A stretch of DNA of 32,000 nt from Phycisphaera mikurensis NBRC 102666 (GTDB lineage Bacteria; Planctomycetota; Phycisphaerae; Phycisphaerales; Phycisphaeraceae): assembly GCF_000284115.1 (NCBI RefSeq), contig NC_017080.1, positions 2,250,001 to 2,282,000 of the forward strand, in the 5' to 3' direction. A program made the position numbers and the translations under genes. A model generated the notes under the pieces. It was not told where the DNA came from, did not search any database, and was given only the letters and a program-made list of their open reading frames with translations. Below, one piece after another: positions 26,376 through 32,000 of this stretch. The stretch's first letter is position 1; every line of letters begins with the position of its first letter.

Positions 26376-26387
26376 AGGAGTTTTCTC

Positions 26388-27095
26388 ATGCGTCCGCTTC
26401 CTCTGCTATCCGCTGCGCTTTCCGCGCTTGTTGCCGCCCTTCCCGCCGCGGCAGCGACGGTCGTTTTCGAAGACGATTTCGATGACGAAAACGCTCCTTC
26501 ACACCGCTTCGTTCGCAACTACACCGGCTTCGCCAACTTCGAGGTCACCCGCGGCGGGGTCGACCTCATCGGCAACGGCCGGCTCGATCACCTCCCCGGC
26601 AACGGCCTCTACGTCGAGCTCGACGGCAAGAAGGGGACCGGCGGGGGCACGCTCCGCTTCAACGCCGACCTCGACGGCCTCGCGGGTCCGCTCGAGGTCT
26701 CCTTCGACCTCGCGGGCAGCCAGCGGCAGAGCGGCGGGGTCGTCGTGTCTCTTCAGGGCGAGAGGACGCGGTACAACTTCAACCGCGACGACGACTTCAG
26801 GACCTTCACCCTCCGCACCGAGTCGGCGGAGGACTTCGAGCTGCTCTTCATCCAGGGTGGCTCCGACGGCATCGGCATCCTGCTGGACAACGTCGTGATC
26901 ACGAGCCTCGCGGAGGCGGGGGACGGGGGGGCCGGGGGGGACGGGGGGCACGGCGGAGGCGATGCGGACGAAGGCAACGGCGGAGCCGACACCGGCACCG
27001 CTCGCCCGGCGGTGGCCGTGCCCGTGCCGGGCGCCGCCGCGGCGGGGATCCTGCTGCTCGGCGGCCTCGCCGCCCGCCGCCGCCAACGAGACTGA
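26388..27095 (+). CDS. PEP-CTERM-anchored secreted protein
   Basis: ATG at 26388 with AGGAG 7 nt upstream. Signal peptide MRPLPLLSAALSALVAALPAAAA. C-terminal sorting signal VPVPGAAAAGILLLGGLAARRRQRD (a PEP-like motif, a TM helix and an Arg cluster), preceded by a Gly/Asp-rich spacer. Confidence 0.78.
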   Translation: MRPLPLLSAALSALVAALPAAAATVVFEDDFDDENAPSHRFVRNYTGFANFEVTRGGVDLIGNGRLDHLPGNGLYVELDGKKGTGGGTLRFNADLDGLAGPLEVSFDLAGSQRQSGGVVVSLQGERTRYNFNRDDDFRTFTLRTESAEDFELLFIQGGSDGIGILLDNVVITSLAEAGDGGAGGDGGHGGGDADEGNGGADTGTARPAVAVPVPGAAAAGILLLGGLAARRRQRD

Positions 27096-27118
27096 CGACG
27101 CTTCCGGGGAGTCCGATC

Positions 27119-27149
27119 GCGCCCGCGGTGTCAAGCCCGCGGGTGCTTT
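27119..27149 (+). terminator. Hairpin plus short T-tract downstream of the PEP-CTERM gene
   Basis: GCGCCCGCGG (27119-27128) pairs with CCGCGGGTGC (27137-27146), including one G-U pair, around an 8-nt loop. TTT follows at 27147-27149. Confidence 0.45.
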
Positions 27150-27286
27150 CGCGCGCTGCGCAGCCCGCGGGGCTTCTCCGCGACTCGGACATCCCGCAGC
27201 CCGGCGGTCCGCGGGACGCCGCGGAGCGGACCCCGGGGGCGTGGTTTGCTTCCCGATCGGGCGCTGGCGCGGGCGGCCGCGGCGTG

Positions 27287-27298
27287 GCGCTACCGTCG
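27287..27298 (+). promoter_or_regulatory. GCGCTACCGTCG element (TACCGT -10-like) 5 nt upstream of the SRAP GTG start
   Basis: TACCGT lies at 27291-27296 and the GTG at 27302. The same 12-mer occurs on the minus strand at 10593-10604. Confidence 0.35.
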
Positions 27299-27301
27299 GG
27301 C

Positions 27302-28015
27302 GTGTGCGGACGCGTCCAGATCAAGATGACCTCGCGCGAGGCGGCCGAAGCCTTCGGCGCCGACGCCCGCTGCGACGCCGCGGTGTTCGAACGCTGGAAC
27401 GCGGCGCCTTCGCAGCGGCTCCCGCTGCTGCAGCCCGCCGCTTCGGGGGGCCTGGAGCTCGCGGCCGCGGATTGGGGCTTCTCCAAGCCCGGCGGTGGCG
27501 GTCCCCGGCCAATCAACGCCCGCAGCGAAACCGCACCCCGCAGCGGCTTCTTCTCGGCGGCGTGGCGGCGGGGGCGGGCCGCCCTGCCGGTCACGGGCTT
27601 CTTCGAGTGGCAGGCGCCCCAGGCGGACGCGGCTCCGCCGCTGTTCGGTGGCGACGCCTCCGCCGCGCGAAAAACGCCCTGGCTGATCGAGCGAGCGGAC
27701 GGCCGGCCCTTCGCGCTCGCGGCGCTGCGCAACGAGGCGGGCTTCTGCGTGCTGACGACCGCGCCCAACGCCGCGGTGGCCCGGATCCACGACCGGATGC
27801 CGGTGGTGCTCGACCGGGCCGCGCTGGAACGCTGGCTCGACCCCCGGGCCGAACCCGACGCGCTGCGTCCTCTGATGAGGCCGTGCCCGGCCGAGGATCT
27901 CCGCTTCACCCGGGTCGCGGACGCGGTCAATGCGCCCGCCAACGAGGGGCCGGCCGCCGCCGAACCCCGGGCGGAGCCGGTCGCGGGGGCTACCTTCGCC
28001 GCCCCCGCGGCCTGA
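27302..28015 (+). CDS. yedK: SOS-response-associated peptidase (SRAP/YedK, abasic-site processing protein)
   Basis: A GTG at 27302 gives the N-terminus M-CGRV, placing the family's catalytic Cys at position 2. Other motifs: NARSETA, PVTGFFEW, RPFALAAL, TTAPNAAVARIHDRMPVVL. Confidence 0.82.
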   Translation: MCGRVQIKMTSREAAEAFGADARCDAAVFERWNAAPSQRLPLLQPAASGGLELAAADWGFSKPGGGGPRPINARSETAPRSGFFSAAWRRGRAALPVTGFFEWQAPQADAAPPLFGGDASAARKTPWLIERADGRPFALAALRNEAGFCVLTTAPNAAVARIHDRMPVVLDRAALERWLDPRAEPDALRPLMRPCPAEDLRFTRVADAVNAPANEGPAAAEPRAEPVAGATFAAPAA

Positions 28016-28055
28016 ACGGCCGCACCGCACGCCGCCCCCCTGACCCGACCCGCCC

Positions 28056-29357
28056 TTGGCCATCCTTCTTTCCATCGGCGACGAGCTGGCCCTGGGCCAG
28101 ACCGTCGACACCAACACCGCCTTCATGGCCGCCGGCCTCGCGGAGCGCGGCGTGATGACGCGGATGCACCTCACGGTCGCCGACGAGCACGCCGCGCTCG
28201 CCGCGGCGTTCCGCCAGGCGGTGCGGCTCGAGGCCGCGTCGCCCGACCCCGCCCCGGGCCTGGTCATCGCCTCCGGGGGCCTGGGGCCGACCGAGGACGA
28301 TCTGACCCGCGAAGCCCTCGCCGAGGCGATGGGCGTGGGCCTCGGAACCGACGAGGAGGCGCTCGCGGCCGTGCGTTCGTTCTTCAGCGGCATCGGCAAG
28401 GCGATGCCGCCGCGCAACGAGATCCAGGCGCAGAAGCCGATCGGCAGCCGCTTCCTGCCCAACCCCCACGGCACCGCCCCCGGGATTCACGCGGTGATCG
28501 AGGGCGTCAACGTCTTTGTGACGCCCGGGGTGCCGCGGGAGATGCGGGCGATGTTCAGCGACGCGATCCTGCCGCTCGCGGTGCCCGACGACGACGGCGG
28601 CGGCGTGCTCGTCACGTCCAAGGTGGCGACCTTCGGCATGGGCGAGTCCGACGTCTCGCAGCGCCTCGCGGCGATCATGGCGCGCGGGCGAAACCCCACC
28701 GTCGGCACCACGGTCGCGGCGGGCTACTGCTCGGTGCGGCTGCGGGCCGAGGCGGCGAGCGGGCGCGAGGCGCGGGCGATGCTTGAGGCGGTGGCGGGCG
28801 AGGTGGAGGCGGCGCTGGGCCCGGTGTGCTTCGGCCGCGACGAGGAGACGCTGGAGAACGCGACCGTCACGCTGCTGCTGGAGAAGGGGCTGACGGTGAC
28901 GACGGCGGAATCGTGCACCGGCGGGCTCGTCTCGGAGATGCTCACGCGGGTGCCCGGCTCTTCGGGCTGCTGCCGCGGCGGCTGGGTGACGTACGACAAC
29001 GCGATGAAGAGCGCCGAGCTGGGGGTGGCCGCCGCCACGCTGGCGCAGCACGGCGCGGTGTCGGCCGAGGTGGTCAAGGAGATGGCCGAGGGGGCCCGCG
29101 AGCACGCGCGCTGCGACTTCGGGATCGCCCTCTCCGGCGTCGCTGGACCCGGCGGCGGGACCCAGGAGAAGCCGGTCGGCACCGTGTGGATCGCGCTCGC
29201 CGGCGGCGCCGGCGTCCGCGCCTGGCGGGGCCGCTTCCGCGGCGACCGGGCAACCGTCCGCGACCGCGCCGCCAAGTGCGCCCTGCAGCTGCTCCGCCTC
29301 CGCGTGCTCGGGGAGGACACCCGGAGCATCCAGTGGCTGCAACCGGAAGCGCCGTGA
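28056..29357 (+). CDS. cinA: CinA-family competence/damage-inducible protein (MoCF-binding domain plus PncC-type NMN deamidase domain)
   Basis: TTG start. N-terminal ILLSIGDELALGQTVDTNTAFMA. C-terminal TTAESCTGGLVSEMLT, GVAGPGGG and GTVWIAL. Confidence 0.85.
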   Translation: MAILLSIGDELALGQTVDTNTAFMAAGLAERGVMTRMHLTVADEHAALAAAFRQAVRLEAASPDPAPGLVIASGGLGPTEDDLTREALAEAMGVGLGTDEEALAAVRSFFSGIGKAMPPRNEIQAQKPIGSRFLPNPHGTAPGIHAVIEGVNVFVTPGVPREMRAMFSDAILPLAVPDDDGGGVLVTSKVATFGMGESDVSQRLAAIMARGRNPTVGTTVAAGYCSVRLRAEAASGREARAMLEAVAGEVEAALGPVCFGRDEETLENATVTLLLEKGLTVTTAESCTGGLVSEMLTRVPGSSGCCRGGWVTYDNAMKSAELGVAAATLAQHGAVSAEVVKEMAEGAREHARCDFGIALSGVAGPGGGTQEKPVGTVWIALAGGAGVRAWRGRFRGDRATVRDRAAKCALQLLRLRVLGEDTRSIQWLQPEAP

Positions 29358-30130
29358 ATCCGGCCCCGCCGCGACCCCCCGCCGGCCGCATCGACCTGCA
29401 CAGCCACCTGCTGCCGGGGCTGGACGACGGCTGCCGCAACCTCGCCGACAGCCTCGCCTGCGTCCGCGGCCTGCTCGCGATGGGCTACCGCGGCGCCGCC
29501 TGCACGCCGCACTTCTGGCCCGCGCAGTTCCCCGCGGTCTCCGCGGCGCTGGTGGCCGAGCGTGTGGCCGCTCTCCAGCGGGCGATCGATCGCGAAAAGC
29601 TGCTCTTCCGGGTGTGGCCCGGCGGCGAGGTGCGGCTGTTCGAGGACGCCGACAAGTGGATGAACCTCCACGGCTTCCCGATCCTCGGCGGGGCCGGCGG
29701 CGGCCGCACCGCGGTGCTGATCGACTCGTGGCGCGGCGACTGGCCGAGGCACTGCGACCGCACCGTCGACGCGATCCTCGCCCGCGGCCTGACCCCGGTG
29801 CTCGCTCACCCGGAGCGGAGCCCCACCCGCTTCGGCTTCGGCCGCCTTCTGGACCGCCTCGCCCGCCGCGGCGTGCTGCTGCAGGGCAACCTCCGGTCCT
29901 TCGGTGGCGGGGAGGGCCCCAGGGCGTTGTCGCTGGCGCGGAGCTTCCTCCGCGACGGCCGCTACGCCTGCGTCGCGTCGGACACGCACCGCGCCGAAGG
30001 GATCCAGGACCGCCGCCGCGGGCTGGAGGCGCTCGCCGATGAGACCGACGCCGACACCCTCCGCCGCCTCACCACCGACGCGCCCCGGCGGCTCCTGAAC
30101 CTCGACGCCGAGGACGCCGCCGGCGGATAA
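29354..30130 (+). CDS. CpsB/YwqE-like PHP-family protein-tyrosine phosphatase
   Basis: The GTG at 29354 overlaps the cinA stop as GTGA. IDLHSHLLPGLDDG is the CpsB N-terminal metal motif. Later motifs are LAHPER and ASDTHR. Confidence 0.7.
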   Translation: MNPAPPRPPAGRIDLHSHLLPGLDDGCRNLADSLACVRGLLAMGYRGAACTPHFWPAQFPAVSAALVAERVAALQRAIDREKLLFRVWPGGEVRLFEDADKWMNLHGFPILGGAGGGRTAVLIDSWRGDWPRHCDRTVDAILARGLTPVLAHPERSPTRFGFGRLLDRLARRGVLLQGNLRSFGGGEGPRALSLARSFLRDGRYACVASDTHRAEGIQDRRRGLEALADETDADTLRRLTTDAPRRLLNLDAEDAAGG

Positions 30131-30142
30131 GGTGGCTTCGCC

Positions 30143-30216
30143 GCCTCCGTAGCTCAGTTGGATAGAGCACGGCTTTCCTAAAGCTGAGGTCGGAGGTTCG
30201 AGCCCTCCCGGAGGCA
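30143..30216 (+). tRNA. tRNA-Arg (anticodon CCU)
   Basis: Cloverleaf folded by hand. The 7-bp acceptor pairs gcctccg with cggaggc. D arm gctc/gagc. Anticodon stem cggct/agctg with loop ttCCTaa. 5-nt variable loop. T arm ggagg-ttcgagc-cctcc. Discriminator A. CCA is not encoded. Confidence 0.92.
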
Positions 30217-30386
30217 TCCTCCGCGACTCGCGCACCGGGCCGTTGCCCGGGCGTCACGCCGCTGGCGGGGTGGCGGTCGCCGCGGGCGGCGCCGACGGTG
30301 CCGGCGTCGGTGCCCGGATCCGCGTTCTCGCGGCTCGCCCCGAGCGCGGCGTGACACGGGACGGGCTGCTCATCGCCCGTGCCGGT

Positions 30387-31559
30387 TCACGGCGTCAGGA
30401 CGACCTTGATGCAGCCGTCGGTCTTGTTCTTGAAGCGGTCGTAGGCGGCGGGCGCCTCGTCGAGGCTCGCGTGGTGGGTGATGACGAACGACGGGTCGAT
30501 CTCGCCGTCGACGACCTTCTGCATCAGCGGCTCGAGGTACCGCTGCACGTGCGTCTGCCCCATCTTGAACTGCAAGCCCTTGTTCATCGCGGCGCCCCAG
30601 GCGAGGTCGACCTTGCCGAAGTAGACGCCCGGGCAGCTGACCTTGCCGCCCTTGCGGCAGCAGCGGATGATCTCGTTGAGCACGTTCGGCCGGTCGCTGC
30701 CCAGGTGCAGCGCCGTCTTCGCGTCCTCGAGCGTGTCGGCGACGAGGCCGCCGGCGTGGTTCTCCGCCCCGACGCCGTCGACGCAGCAGTCGGGCCCGCG
30801 GCCGCCGGTCATCTCCTGCAGCCGCTCGTAAACGTCCTCCTGAGAGAAGTCGATCGTCTCGGCGCGGCCGTGCGTCCGCGCCATCTCCAGCCGCTCGGGC
30901 ACGCGGTCGATGGCGATCACGCGGCCGGCGCCCAGCATCCACGCGCTCTGCATGACGAACTGTGCCACGGGGCCGCAGCCCCAGACCGCGACGGTCTCGC
31001 CCTCCTGGATGTCGCAGTTCTCCGCGGCCATGTAGCCGGTCGGGAAGATGTCCGACAGCAGCACGACCCGGTCGTCGCTGAGGTCCTCGGGCACCTTGAT
31101 CGGCCCGGTGCGGTCGGCGAAGGGCACCCGCAACGCCTCGGCTTGGCCGCCGGCGTAGCCGCCGAGCATGTGCGTGTAGCCGAGCATGCCCGAGGGCGTG
31201 TGGCCCATCTGCTTCTGCGCCATCTCCGCGTTGGGGTTGGTGTTGTCGCAGAGCGAGAACCGCGTGGACGCGCAGAAGAAGCAGCGACCGCACGCGAGCG
31301 TGAAGGGCACGACGACGCGGTCGCCCTTGGCCAGCCGCGTGACGGCGGAGCCCACCTCCTCCACGACGCCCATCGGCTCGTGGCCGATCACGTCGCCGTG
31401 CCGCATCGCCGGCGCGGCGCCGGTCATGATGTGCAGGTCGGAGCCGCAGATGCCCGAGGCGGTCACGCGGATCACCACGTCTCTCTCGTCCTCGATGCGG
31501 GCGTCGGGCACCTCGGTCGTGCGGATGTCGTTGCGGCCATGCCAGGTGACGGCTTTCAT
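30387..31559 (-). CDS. Zinc-dependent alcohol dehydrogenase-family protein (glutathione-independent formaldehyde dehydrogenase-like)
   Basis: ATG at 31559 with GGAG upstream. [19 protein letters not shown], the structural-Zn region [24 protein letters not shown], and the Rossmann segment [12 protein letters not shown]. Confidence 0.85.
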   Translation of the reverse strand: MKAVTWHGRNDIRTTEVPDARIEDERDVVIRVTASGICGSDLHIMTGAAPAMRHGDVIGHEPMGVVEEVGSAVTRLAKGDRVVVPFTLACGRCFFCASTRFSLCDNTNPNAEMAQKQMGHTPSGMLGYTHMLGGYAGGQAEALRVPFADRTGPIKVPEDLSDDRVVLLSDIFPTGYMAAENCDIQEGETVAVWGCGPVAQFVMQSAWMLGAGRVIAIDRVPERLEMARTHGRAETIDFSQEDVYERLQEMTGGRGPDCCVDGVGAENHAGGLVADTLEDAKTALHLGSDRPNVLNEIIRCCRKGGKVSCPGVYFGKVDLAWGAAMNKGLQFKMGQTHVQRYLEPLMQKVVDGEIDPSFVITHHASLDEAPAAYDRFKNKTDGCIKVVLTP

Positions 31560-31671
31560 CGGTGATCTCCGGTTCGGTGGCGGGCGAGCCGGAGCGGGTG
31601 CGCCGGCGCGGAGTGCTAGCGCATCGCTGGACTTGCGTCCACCGCGGACGCGGCAAAACCTGCACGGACCG

Positions 31672-32000
31672 TCAGGAAGCTGGAGGCCAGTGCGCGATCC
31701 TCGGCCACCCGTCCACGCTCCCGTTGAAGAAGTAGACCCACGCCTCCACCCGGTCCACGGGCGCCTTCTCCCGCCGGAAGAGGTGCGGCCGCGGGCAGCC
31801 GGCACCGCAGCCCTCCCAGGCGTCCAGCACCGGCCAGAGCTCCCGCGGACCGTGCACCTCGAAGAGCATCCCGGGCACGCGGTCCGCGGGCGTCGAAGCC
31901 GGGAGCAGCGCCGGCCAATCGCCGGCGTCGTGCAGGCGTCCGGCCACCCGAGCCGCGCCCAGCGCCCGCGTGTGTCGACGCATCGCGGCCGCCACCGCCG
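31672..32000 (-). CDS. Gamma-glutamylcyclotransferase (AIG2/GGACT-like) family protein, N-terminus outside the window
   Basis: [14 protein letters not shown]...VPGMLFEV...LDAWEG...FRRE fits the AIG2-like pattern. The expected N-terminal YGTL motif is absent, and the frame stays open to position 32000. Confidence 0.5.
   Translation of the reverse strand, partial: AVAAAMRRHTRALGAARVAGRLHDAGDWPALLPASTPADRVPGMLFEVHGPRELWPVLDAWEGCGAGCPRPHLFRREKAPVDRVEAWVYFFNGSVDGWPRIAHWPPAS

Noticed and set aside
26164-26898. A 244-aa ORF spanning the gap/PEP-CTERM intergenic region and overlapping the PEP-CTERM gene
   Set aside because: It is out of frame with the well-supported PEP-CTERM CDS, which has an RBS, a signal peptide and a sorting signal. 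Its translation has no recognisable features, and it would read straight through the terminator-like hairpin.
30143-30386. tRNA-Arg as an integration site for a genomic island
   Set aside because: There is no integrase, no phage or mobile genes, and I saw no direct repeat of the tRNA 3' end downstream. The flanking genes (a Zn-dependent ADH and a GGCT-like gene) have the same GC-rich composition as the rest of the window.

Overview
This is a very GC-rich (by eye well above 65%, not computed), gene-dense bacterial chromosomal window. Stop codons are rare, so the six-frame track is full of long Arg/Pro/Ala/Gly-rich shadow ORFs, which I discarded. I support 26 protein-coding genes and one tRNA-Arg(CCU). 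Many starts are GTG or TTG, and several gene pairs overlap by 4 nt (GTGA, ATGA, TTGA). Ordinary content: a 5'-truncated GH13 enzyme, a lipoprotein, modAB, xseA, a DUF547 protein, uvrB, an orphan polytopic membrane protein, a GH2 glycosidase, rpsA, mpg, a DUF1611 protein, gap, a PEP-CTERM protein, an SRAP/YedK protein, cinA, a CpsB-like PHP phosphatase, a Zn-dependent ADH and a truncated GGCT-like gene. The PEP-CTERM protein implies a diderm with an exosortase; a Planctomycetota/Phycisphaerae-like origin is only a guess. The stand-out is a seven-gene, translationally coupled minus-strand operon (2988-10561). It encodes a DHQS-superfamily sugar-phosphate cyclase, an HD-like protein, a Gfo/Idh/MocA oxidoreductase, a zinc-ribbon MBL-fold protein, a stand-alone YcaO, a GT4 glycosyltransferase and a PIG-L/LmbE deacetylase. 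The GT4 plus PIG-L pair next to a cyclitol-forming enzyme follows the GlcN-cyclitol logic of mycothiol and paromamine. There is no Cys ligase or aminotransferase, and a YcaO with no partner or precursor peptide is embedded in the operon, so I flag it as a candidate undescribed small-molecule pathway. Secondary observations: a near-identical 15-nt TACCCT-containing element abutting the start codons of xseA and uvrB, with related copies at the SRAP gene and the operon promoter; a structured, AT-richer 380-bp leader upstream of the PEP-CTERM gene; and lineage-specific insertions in UvrB and S1. I saw no transposase, integrase, CRISPR array, rRNA or recognisable defence system.
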